In this document: positions 45,179-53,695 of the stretch, piece after piece | How positions within the stretch are numbered: the stretch's first letter is position 1 | How the letters are laid out: every line of letters starts with the position of its first letter | Assembly: GCA_036507655.1 (NCBI GenBank) | Contig: DATCIS010000019.1 | Coordinates: 10,736-74,735 of the forward strand | Direction: 5' to 3' | DNA from: Candidatus Saccharimonadales bacterium | GTDB lineage: Bacteria > Patescibacteriota > Saccharimonadia > Saccharimonadales > UBA10212 | Length of the DNA stretch: 64,000 bases | Position numbers and translations under genes: made by a program | The notes under the pieces: generated by a model | Told to the model about the DNA's origin: nothing | The model's input: only the letters and a program-made list of their open reading frames with translations | The model's database searches: none

Positions 45179-46624
45179 TTAACCCATTGACATGGCTTCT
45201 TTGGCGTCAACTTTTCTGTTTTTGACTACCAAGAACACAACAACCGCGGCCGCCAAAGCCAGCCCAATACCTACTTGAAGTCCTGCTATATAACCATGTA
45301 CTTGAGCCCCCGCCCTAGGCCCACCAGCGGCAACTTCGGCAGTAATCGTCGAGAAGGCCACGGCTGATAGGATCGCCAGCCCGATTGCCCCACCGACCTG
45401 CTGCGAAGTGTTAAGGATACCCGACGCTAAGCCGGAGAAGTGTTTAGGCACTCCGGAAGTAGCCGCCAGTGTTCCTGATACGAACGTCAGGCCCATGCCG
45501 ACTGCCGCTGTAGCAAGTCCCGGGAAGACATTATGCCAATAGTCTCCATCGATTTTCATTGTCCGGCTGATAACAAATAGGCCGACTGCCAGTACCACTG
45601 GCCCTAGATTCATCGGCGGTTTGTAGCCGATTTTGGCAACCAGATTAGCAACTATTCCTGACACAACCGCGATTATGAACGTTACGGGCAAGAAACTAAC
45701 GCCGGTTTTTACCGGCGAATAGCCAAGGACGGTCTGGATGTAGAGTGTCAGGAAAAAAAACATCGAAAACATCGTGCAGGAAATTACTAAAAATGCCGAA
45801 TTGGCCCCAGACAAGTTACGTATTTTAAAAATCCTCAACGGCATCAAGGGCTGCTTAGCACGTTGTTCATTGAATACGAATAGTGTCAGTAGCGCCAAGC
45901 CAGCCACGATGAAGGCCCAAACAGTTACTGAATCCCAGCCATTACTTGGTGCTTTAGAAAGTCCGTAAACCAACGACATCAGACCGCCGGTAGCCAGAGT
46001 AGCACCGGGCAAATCCAGTTTGAGTTTCTTATGCTCTTCGCCGATATGCTTCGGCAGCAAATAGAAAGCCGTAAAGACTACCGCAATTCCAACCGGCACA
46101 TTGACGAAGAAGTTCCAGCGCCAATCCAGGTATTGTGTCAGTACACCGCCTAATAGCACCCCAGCGGCCGCCCCACCGGATGCCACTGCTGCCCAAACGC
46201 CCATGGCGGTATTACGCTCCTTCCCCTCTTTGAACTCAGCTAAGACGATAGAAAGGGCTGCCGGTGACATGATGGCACCACCCAGACCCTGAGCCGCTCG
46301 GGCTATGATGAGCTGAGTATCAGTCTGAGCCAACCCAGCGAGAAGAGACATGAGGGTAAAAAAGACCACGCCGGACATAAAGATCAAACGGCGGCCGTAA
46401 AGGTCGGCCGCCCGGCCGCCCAAAAGAAGGAAGCCGCCGAAAGTTAAGGTATAAGCTGTTATTACCCACTGCAGGTTATTGCCAGCAAAGTGTAAGTCTC
46501 GAGCTATAGAAGGTAGCGCTACGTTGACTATGGCAATGTCCAACACCACCATGAACTGTGCTACCGCAAGTAAAGCCAGGATGGCCCATTTATTTTCTGA
46601 ATGCTTAGTAATAGCTTTAACCAA
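45179..46624 (-). CDS. MFS transporter (14-TM DHA2/EmrB-like)
   Basis: 481 aa; GGRAADLYGRR MFS motif A-like loop, 14 hydrophobic segments. Confidence 0.85.
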   Translation of the reverse strand: MVKAITKHSENKWAILALLAVAQFMVVLDIAIVNVALPSIARDLHFAGNNLQWVITAYTLTFGGFLLLGGRAADLYGRRLIFMSGVVFFTLMSLLAGLAQTDTQLIIARAAQGLGGAIMSPAALSIVLAEFKEGKERNTAMGVWAAVASGGAAAGVLLGGVLTQYLDWRWNFFVNVPVGIAVVFTAFYLLPKHIGEEHKKLKLDLPGATLATGGLMSLVYGLSKAPSNGWDSVTVWAFIVAGLALLTLFVFNEQRAKQPLMPLRIFKIRNLSGANSAFLVISCTMFSMFFFLTLYIQTVLGYSPVKTGVSFLPVTFIIAVVSGIVANLVAKIGYKPPMNLGPVVLAVGLFVISRTMKIDGDYWHNVFPGLATAAVGMGLTFVSGTLAATSGVPKHFSGLASGILNTSQQVGGAIGLAILSAVAFSTITAEVAAGGPRAGAQVHGYIAGLQVGIGLALAAAVVVFLVVKNRKVDAKEAMSMG

Positions 46625-46751
46625 AACAGCACCTCCCTCTTTTATTGGCTTATTGGAGTTTATTATAAAGCAAAGCCAATCAATGCTTGTAAAACATATT
46701 GTAAGCGGCTGTGGATGACAAGCTTACGCCCCTCAGTTACACTTATACTAA

Positions 46752-47936
46752 ATGGCATCCGAGAAGCAGAAAGTCCTTATTTTAGGCGGCGGGTTCGGCG
46801 GAGTTAAGACCGCGCTGGAGCTGGCTAACCATCCTCATTTTGCGGTGACCCTGATGTCAGACCAGCTGAATTTCCGTTACTATCCCGCGCTATACCAGGC
46901 TGCCACCGGCGGTAGCCCGGTAGCGTCATCAATACCCCTTTCAGAGATTTTTGCCGGCAAAAACGTCCGGATAGTCCAAGACAGCGCTAAAAAGCTTGAT
47001 AGGCATAGCAAACAAATCCACTGCAAATCCGGCAAAATCTACGGCTATGATGTTCTTGTGGTAGCCCTGGGGGTAATTACCAACTATTTTGGGATTAAGG
47101 GATTAAAGGAGTATTCCTTCGGCATTAAAACCCTGGAAGATGCCCAAGAATTGCGCGACCACCTGCATAAACTCTTGATGGCTGAAGGCCAGCCGGACCT
47201 CAACTATGTAATCATCGGCGGCGGCCCGACCGGCGTCGAGTTGGCGGGCGTTCTGCCGGCCTATATCAAACACATTATGCAGAGGCATAAATTTCCCGCC
47301 AAAGCTATTCATGTTGAGCTAGTGGAGGCCGAACCGTATCTGGTACCGAGGATGCCGCGGCCTTATTCCATCGCTATCCAAAAACGGTTGCACCGCCTTG
47401 GCGTAAAGCTTCATTTGCACCAAAAAGTCGAGGCTGAAACCGCTGACAGACTGACGGTTAGCGGCCGCAGCATTGTTAGCCATACGGTCGTTTGGACGGC
47501 CGGTGTCACCAACCATCCCTTCCTAGCGGCTAATAAATTCAGCTTCAGTGAACAAGCCAAAGTTTTAGTTAACGAGTTGCTGCAGGCGGAAGAAGACATT
47601 TACGTTATCGGCGACAATGCCGACACCATATATTCGGGCATGGCGCAGACGGCTCTTTACGACGGTAAGTTCGTGGCTGAAAATTTTAAACGCCTGGCGA
47701 GGGGTAAACACCCTTGGCCGTATAAGCCCCGCAAACCGGTTTACGTCACTCCCGTCGGCCAACATTGGGCAGCGGTGCAATGGGGTAATCTGCAGATTTA
47801 CGGCTGGTTGGGGTGGGTGCTGCGGCGGGTAGCCGATTTTGTCGGCTATCACGACCTGCAGCCATGGTGGTCGGCTTACAAGCACTGGGAAGCCGAAAAT
47901 CAGAGCGGCGAAACCTGCAAAACATGTAGAGGTTAA
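46752..47936 (+). CDS. ndh: type II NADH dehydrogenase (NDH-2) / FAD-dependent pyridine nucleotide-disulfide oxidoreductase
   Basis: 394 aa; two Rossmann GxGxxG motifs (ILGGGFGG, IIGGGPTGVELAG). Confidence 0.75.
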   Translation: MASEKQKVLILGGGFGGVKTALELANHPHFAVTLMSDQLNFRYYPALYQAATGGSPVASSIPLSEIFAGKNVRIVQDSAKKLDRHSKQIHCKSGKIYGYDVLVVALGVITNYFGIKGLKEYSFGIKTLEDAQELRDHLHKLLMAEGQPDLNYVIIGGGPTGVELAGVLPAYIKHIMQRHKFPAKAIHVELVEAEPYLVPRMPRPYSIAIQKRLHRLGVKLHLHQKVEAETADRLTVSGRSIVSHTVVWTAGVTNHPFLAANKFSFSEQAKVLVNELLQAEEDIYVIGDNADTIYSGMAQTALYDGKFVAENFKRLARGKHPWPYKPRKPVYVTPVGQHWAAVQWGNLQIYGWLGWVLRRVADFVGYHDLQPWWSAYKHWEAENQSGETCKTCRG

Positions 47937-47941
47937 AGCCT

Positions 47942-49483
47942 ATGGACGCCAAAAAACTGATTTTTAAAGGACAACGGGCACTCGATTTAGTTGATGGACG
48001 GCTGGATCGACTAACGTCATATCGGCTGGTGCTGTACTCGCTGCTGGCTTTTGTGGCCTGGGGAATACTGGGTGGTTTGATGGGCGAGATCGCCTTTGAA
48101 TGGCACCAGGTTTTAGCTTCAACCGCCTTTTTGGCGGTCGTTTGCGTCACCGTCAACTACATAGCTTCTGAGCTACTCAATATCCCGCGCAACAAAGAAT
48201 CCGACTATATAACCGCTTTGATACTGGCTCTGATTTTAATGCCAGCCCAAGAACCTAATGATTACCTGATTTTGGCTGCAGCCGGTTCAGCCGCGATGCT
48301 GTCAAAGTACGTTCTGGTTTACGGCCAGCGGCATATTTTTAACCCGGCGGCAGCCGGCGCGTTCACGGTAGCTCTGCTATTTGATTATTTCCCGGCCTGG
48401 TGGATTGGGACGGCTTTTCTGGTACCGCTGGTCTTTATTGCCGGACAGCTGATTTTGCGCAAGATGAAGCGTTATTTAATGGTCAGCGTTTTTATGAGCA
48501 TCTATTTAGGTTACCTGGTTATTAATTTCTTTCTTAAAGACCAGGCCGGCGATCTGCTAAATATTGTCTGGGTCGGGCTGACTGCTACGCCAGTACTCTT
48601 CTTTGCCTACATTATGCTGACCGAGCCATCTTCTTCTCCGCATAAGCCGAAGCAAATGCTGGCCTACGCCACTCTCGTGGGAGTACTTTACTCGGTCAGC
48701 GATTGGCACTTCGCACCCGAAGAAGCCCTGCTTCTTGGCAATCTGTTCGCTTTTATCATGGCGCCCAATCGCCGTTTTGAGCTAGCGCTCAAACAAAAGA
48801 AAAAAGAGGCTAAAGATATCTACAGCTACATATTTAGTGGTAAAAAGAATTTACGGTTTGCTGCCGGCCAATATATGGAGTGGACACTACCGATGGTTAA
48901 GGCCGATACCCGCGGCAACCGGCGTTATTTTACTGTTTCTTCAGCGCCAACCGAAGATTATCTGATGTTTACCACCAAAGAACCAGAGAAGCGCAGCAGT
49001 TTTAAAGCCGGGCTGGAGAAACTGCAAGAGGGCGATAAGATGCTGGCCTACCAGCTCGAAGGCTCGTTTGTATTACCAAAGCACACTAGCCAAAAGTTGG
49101 CTTTTTTGGCCGGCGGCATCGGTGTTACGCCATTTCGCAGTATCATTAAATACCTCCTCGACAGCCGGCAAAAGCGCGACATCACACTGCTATATTCAGC
49201 CAACAGCGCCGATGAGTTCGCTTTTACCGACTTATTTCAACAATCACTACAAGCTGGCATCACAACGCATTACGCGCTCAGCGGTGAGGCACCCGATAAT
49301 TGGCTTGGTTTCAAAGGCCCGGTAGATGCCGCAATGATAAAGACCGCAGTTCCCGATTACAAAGAGCGTGTTTTCTACATATCCGGACCGTACGGTTTCG
49401 TTACCGGGTTACGGCAAACCCTGCTTAAAATGGGTTTGCCTCGCCAAAAAATCATTTCTGACTACTTCCCGGGTTACGGCTAG
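47942..49483 (+). CDS. fusion protein: N-terminal RnfD/NqrB-like membrane domain (with TATP flavinylation-type motif) + C-terminal FNR-like FAD/NAD(P)H-binding reductase domain
   Basis: [28 protein letters not shown] aligns with RnfD [33 protein letters not shown] matches the RnfD/NqrB S-x-A-T-P-L FMN-attachment motif. C-terminal RYFTVSS (RxYS), [20 protein letters not shown] are FNR-family motifs. Confidence 0.6.
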   Translation: [513 protein letters not shown]

Positions 49484-50149
49484 AGCTTCGTAGTCTTTTT
49501 GTTTTTTGACAAAATCGATGCCTTTTTTGCCCATGGCGAAGGCGGCCGTGGCTAGAACATCGGCTGAGATGATATCCGGACCGACCACAGTAATGCTTAG
49601 TATTTCGTCGGCCGGTTTTTTAGTTTTGGGGTTGATGATGTGCCCTCCGCGCTCGTAATTCCCCGATGTAGCCACCGCTCCGTTAGAAATACTTAACTTG
49701 TTAAGTATTCTCTGCTTATCAGTTGGATCTTGGATACCGATTTTCCAAATTTTATCGCTGCTCGAACGGCATAAAATATCACCACCAGCATAGATGGAGT
49801 AGGTTTTTTGGCCTTTGGATTCTAAAACCCTTCCAGCCTCGGCTATCGCCCAGCCTTTTACATACCCACTCGGGTCACAACTATCGCCGTACCATGCCGA
49901 GAAATAGCCATCTGTTTTTTCTTCAGCCCTTCGGCAGGCATGAAGTATGAATTTCATCTCGGGGCTCAAAGTCAGCTCATTTAGCTCACCGCGGTTATAT
50001 TTGGAAAGCTCGCTGTTCTTCTTATAGGGGCTGAACTGCCTATCAATCGCCCGCAATCTGTCAAAAGCGGCTTTTACAACAGACTCATTTTTAAGCTGTG
50101 GGACCTCGATAGTCACGGCCATGCCCATAACTCGGGCGGTTTTTCTCAT
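49409..50149 (-). CDS. apbE: ApbE-family FAD:protein FMN transferase (short form)
   Basis: 246 aa; N-terminal VMGMAVTIEV (MGT-type start), GGD, SISNGAVATSG, ADVLATAAFAMG motifs; 3' end overlaps the convergent fusion gene by 75 bp. Confidence 0.75.
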   Translation of the reverse strand: MRKTARVMGMAVTIEVPQLKNESVVKAAFDRLRAIDRQFSPYKKNSELSKYNRGELNELTLSPEMKFILHACRRAEEKTDGYFSAWYGDSCDPSGYVKGWAIAEAGRVLESKGQKTYSIYAGGDILCRSSSDKIWKIGIQDPTDKQRILNKLSISNGAVATSGNYERGGHIINPKTKKPADEILSITVVGPDIISADVLATAAFAMGKKGIDFVKKQKDYEALAVTREVVRNDFLARQTHFKQGLP

Positions 50150-50152
50150 GAC

Positions 50153-50593
50153 CTATGATTTAGAAGCATCGTATGCTTTATCAAGCGCCGACTGCAGCGA
50201 TTCCTGATAGCCGTAACTGGTACTGGTGGCCCCTGTTACAAAATCGATTTGATCACTTTGCTTTTCGAGGGTAGTGGCTTTAAGTAGGGGCTTGGACATT
50301 TCGGTTAGTTGTTGAGTACGACCGTCGTCTTTATCAGGCATCTGCCTAAACTGCACATCGCTAATTTTGCCGCTGGTTATTACAATTGTAATCTGAACAT
50401 TGCCATACAGCGTCTCAGCCACATCACTAGTGTACGTACCGTTCGGGTAATTATTCGCCTGAGTAGACCTATCCCCAATCCGGTTCTGGCTGGCCTGGAC
50501 GGCCGGTTCGTTAGATTCATTCTGTATCAACATATAACCACCCAGCCCACCTAAAATCGCCACCACCAAAACAATAACTAAACCTTTTTTCAC
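50153..50593 (-). CDS. FMN_bind-domain protein (NqrC/RnfG-like), membrane-anchored, with flavinylation motif
   Basis: 146 aa; N-terminal TM LVIVLVVAILGGLGGYML; C-terminal DFVTGATSTS (S/T-G-A-T-S/T flavin-attachment consensus); 3-bp gap to apbE. Confidence 0.75.
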   Translation of the reverse strand: MKKGLVIVLVVAILGGLGGYMLIQNESNEPAVQASQNRIGDRSTQANNYPNGTYTSDVAETLYGNVQITIVITSGKISDVQFRQMPDKDDGRTQQLTEMSKPLLKATTLEKQSDQIDFVTGATSTSYGYQESLQSALDKAYDASKS

Positions 50594-50667
50594 TACATTC
50601 AGTTTACCAGCAGACTTTAATTTAAGCTGAAGTCTAAGTTTTCACTTTGAGTTGACCGCCCTTTTTC

Positions 50668-50747
50668 TCCGGAAGAGCAGCCAGACAAAATGTATTCCAT
50701 TTTGCCTGCGCGATGAGAAACCACGAAGGGGTGTCTCATAAGGCCGT
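50668..50747 (+). repeat. double-hairpin intergenic repeat element, copy B (about 90% identical to copy A)
   Basis: tccggaagagcagccagacaaaatgtattccattttgcctgcgcgatgagaaaccacgaaggggtgtctcataaggccg; ends 8 nt before the ABC permease stop codon. Confidence 0.65.
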
Positions 50748-50754
50748 TAGGCGC

Positions 50755-51501
50755 CTAGACCTGGATGCGGTTGAAGCGGTTGACGGCAAAGGTTGTGGCG
50801 ACTACCAGCGTTATGAACAGTACTGCCATGTCCAGCGCAATCGAAAAGTGGCTTTCGCCGAGTAGAACATACCGTAGGCCATCAACTGCGTAAGATAGAG
50901 GATTGACCGAAGCAATGATACGCAAAATATCTGGCGCATTGGTCAGCGGGTATAACGCATTTGACAGGAAAAATAGTGGGAACATCACGAAGCTGTTAAT
51001 AGCTTGGAAGCCCTGAAAGTCTTCAACCGCCGAGGCCAAGCCAGCGCCAAAATGCGCCAGAGCCAACGACATAGCAGCCATTATCCCAACCGCTATAGGT
51101 ACCGCTAGCCAATTCTCGGGTCTGAAACCAAGCGCCAGGGCAATAACGAATACCAGGCAAGCTTGGACGAGCGTAATTGTGGCACCACCCAGTGCGCTAC
51201 CAAGTAAAATTCTCAGTCGTGAAACAGGCGCTACTAAAAGCTCTGATAAGAAGCCGAAACGGCGATCGAATATGATAATGGCTCCCCAAAAGATTGAAGT
51301 GAACAAGATAGTCTGCATGATGATTCCGGGAACCAAAAATTGCAGGTAGTCCCCTTGCCCGGCACGTTCGAAAACCGCACCGAGCCCATAACCCAAAGCC
51401 AGCAAGAAAAGCAGGGGCTGACCGATAGAACCGATAATACGCGAGCGGCTTCGGAAATAACGCCGCATCTGCCTCAGCCACAAAACCGCCAATATCTGCA
51501 T
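50755..51501 (-). CDS. ABC-2 family transporter permease
   Basis: 248 aa, 6 TM, typical ABC-2 exporter permease. Confidence 0.75.
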   Translation of the reverse strand: MQILAVLWLRQMRRYFRSRSRIIGSIGQPLLFLLALGYGLGAVFERAGQGDYLQFLVPGIIMQTILFTSIFWGAIIIFDRRFGFLSELLVAPVSRLRILLGSALGGATITLVQACLVFVIALALGFRPENWLAVPIAVGIMAAMSLALAHFGAGLASAVEDFQGFQAINSFVMFPLFFLSNALYPLTNAPDILRIIASVNPLSYAVDGLRYVLLGESHFSIALDMAVLFITLVVATTFAVNRFNRIQV

Positions 51502-51502
51502 A

Positions 51503-52312
51503 TTAGCTCCTTAAGCTCCTGATTCGCATTGCGCTTTTCATATTTAACCCGTCGTATGCATCACTGGTTTCGTCGCGAATGGTTTCGCCGGTCAATTTCA
51601 GATAAGCCTGCTCTAAGTTTTTAGTCTTGGTCAGCTTAGCCAGGTCTTTAGCCGTTCCAATTGCCACGATTTTGCCGTGGTCGATGATGGCTATGCGGCC
51701 AGCGACTTCTTCGGCTTCATCCAGATAATGGGTAGTGAAGAAAATCGTCATTCCCTCGTGCTTGGAAAGTTTCTTAACATAGTCCCATAAGACATTCCTA
51801 GTCTGGGTATCAAGTCCCAAGGTTGGTTCGTCTAAAAACAGCACCTTGGGATGATGGAGCAAACCGCGGGCGATTTCCAGCCGGCGGCGCATGCCACCCG
51901 AGAATGTTTTAATATAACTGTCTTTTCGCTCTTGCAGCCCGACTAAATTAAGTAACTCCTCAATGCGCTGGTCTTGCTCTGGTTTGGGCACATGATAAAG
52001 CGCCGCATGCAGCTCCATATTTTCTTTTGCGGTCAGCTCTTCATCCAGACTTGGGTCCTGAAAGACGATACCCAAAGATTGTCGCACTGCCGCCTGGTCT
52101 TTGGTTACATCGTGCCCGGCCAGATACAACTTGCCGCTGGTTGGCCGCAGCATGGTGGTCAGCATTTTAATGGTGGTGCTTTTACCGGCACCGTTAGGAC
52201 CTAAGAATGCAAAGATTTCTCCGGGATATATCTCGAAGTTAATGTGATTGACAGCTTTAATCTTGCCGAAGCTCTTGTAAACGTCTTCGGCCGCTATTAT
52301 CGGCCTGGCCAT
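51503..52312 (-). CDS. ABC transporter ATP-binding protein
   Basis: Walker A GPNGAGKST, signature FSGGMRRRLEIA, Walker B LFLDEPT. Confidence 0.9.
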   Translation of the reverse strand: MARPIIAAEDVYKSFGKIKAVNHINFEIYPGEIFAFLGPNGAGKSTTIKMLTTMLRPTSGKLYLAGHDVTKDQAAVRQSLGIVFQDPSLDEELTAKENMELHAALYHVPKPEQDQRIEELLNLVGLQERKDSYIKTFSGGMRRRLEIARGLLHHPKVLFLDEPTLGLDTQTRNVLWDYVKKLSKHEGMTIFFTTHYLDEAEEVAGRIAIIDHGKIVAIGTAKDLAKLTKTKNLEQAYLKLTGETIRDETSDAYDGLNMKSAMRIRSLRS

Positions 52313-52321
52313 GGGGTTACA

Positions 52322-53647
52322 TTATATCAGCTTGAGGACTTCCTCGATTGTGCTGCCGGGTTTATAAAATCGTAAATCGCTGCTACCCATTCTCCATCTC
52401 TCTTGAATCGGCTCCAATATCCTCCAGCTCTCCAAGACCTCACCGCTACTGGCAAATAGACTCTGGCTACCGCGTATGGCGTCAAGCAGAACCCGCTCAT
52501 AAGCATCTGGTAAGCGTTCATAGTGCTGCTCATAAGTAAAGGCTAGCGATTTTTGCTTTAAGCGCCGCTCGTAGCCTGGCTCTTTGACCCATAGATCGAG
52601 CTCGATACCCTCTTTGGGTTGCACCCGAAGCGCTAAGCGATTGGCTTCTGATGTTTCTTTCTTTTTGAAGTAAATTCTAATCTCTGTCAGCTTATCGTTA
52701 AGGTTTTTACCTGAGGCTAAAAGAATCGGAACGCCTTGCCAGCGCCGCTCCTTTGACTTCAGCGTCAGCCCGACGAATGTCTCGGTAGTCGAACCGGGAT
52801 TGGCAACTTCTTTCTGGTAGCTTTTATACTGTGCCCGGATAATCGGCTTGTCTATATCGATCGAAAGGGCCTTTAGAGCTATCAGCCGTCTGCTCGGAAG
52901 CTCTTCGTATTCAAATACGTCGGCATAAGGCTCCATGAGCGTTAAAGCTGCCAGCTGTAATAGGTGGCTTTGAATAACATCGCGCAAGGCGCCGGTCGAT
53001 TCATAAAATAAAGCCCGGGCCTCAATATTGATTTTCTCAGCCACGATGATGACGATTTTCTCGATGAACCGGTGGCTCCAGACATTACGGAAAAGGGCGT
53101 TGCTGCCCAGAAATACCACAATGTTCTGCGCCACTTCTTTAGCTAAGTAATGGTCAATCCGGTACACCTGCTTTTCCGGGAAGTGTTTAGCCGTTTGCGT
53201 AATCAGCTCACGCGCCGATGCCAAATCAAATCCGAAAGGCTTCTCCAACAGCAGCTTGGCTTGGGAGTGATTCAAGCCGGCTTGGCCCAGATGCCGGATA
53301 ATCGGTAAAACGGCTGCCGGCGGCACCGACAAATAGAAAATGACTTGTGGCTTCGCGCCTGATTTTTGGCCGATGGCTGATAGCTTTTTCTTTAACGCCA
53401 GATAATCGCCCTGAGCGTTCAAATCCATCTGAAAAAGCTTGGTGAAATGTTTCAGGTTTTTGTTATTATCGCCGAGTACCTCGGCTATAGACACATCACG
53501 GCGTGAGACCCCCAAGATTGTGAAGTTCTCAGGCAAGTTGGCTGAGCGACAAACTTCAGACAGAGCTGGAAGCAGATATCGCCGGCTCAAGTCACCGGTT
53601 ATTCCAAATACAACTAAAATAGTGCCTGGTAAGACTCCCTTGGCCAT
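52322..53647 (-). CDS. zwf: glucose-6-phosphate 1-dehydrogenase
   Basis: 441 aa; NADP site VVFGITGDLSRRYLLPAL, active-site RIDHYLAKE. Confidence 0.9.
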   Translation of the reverse strand: MAKGVLPGTILVVFGITGDLSRRYLLPALSEVCRSANLPENFTILGVSRRDVSIAEVLGDNNKNLKHFTKLFQMDLNAQGDYLALKKKLSAIGQKSGAKPQVIFYLSVPPAAVLPIIRHLGQAGLNHSQAKLLLEKPFGFDLASARELITQTAKHFPEKQVYRIDHYLAKEVAQNIVVFLGSNALFRNVWSHRFIEKIVIIVAEKINIEARALFYESTGALRDVIQSHLLQLAALTLMEPYADVFEYEELPSRRLIALKALSIDIDKPIIRAQYKSYQKEVANPGSTTETFVGLTLKSKERRWQGVPILLASGKNLNDKLTEIRIYFKKKETSEANRLALRVQPKEGIELDLWVKEPGYERRLKQKSLAFTYEQHYERLPDAYERVLLDAIRGSQSLFASSGEVLESWRILEPIQERWRMGSSDLRFYKPGSTIEEVLKLI

Positions 53648-53695
53648 ACCAGCAGTATAGAGGTTATTGCTTGAAAAATTAATTTTCGGCAGGGA

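Noticed and set aside
50755-52312. Assigning the ABC-2 exporter as a dedicated component of the flavinylation locus (e.g. a flavin exporter).
   Set aside because: The only evidence is adjacency. ABC-2 exporters are common and functionally diverse. It is mentioned as context only.
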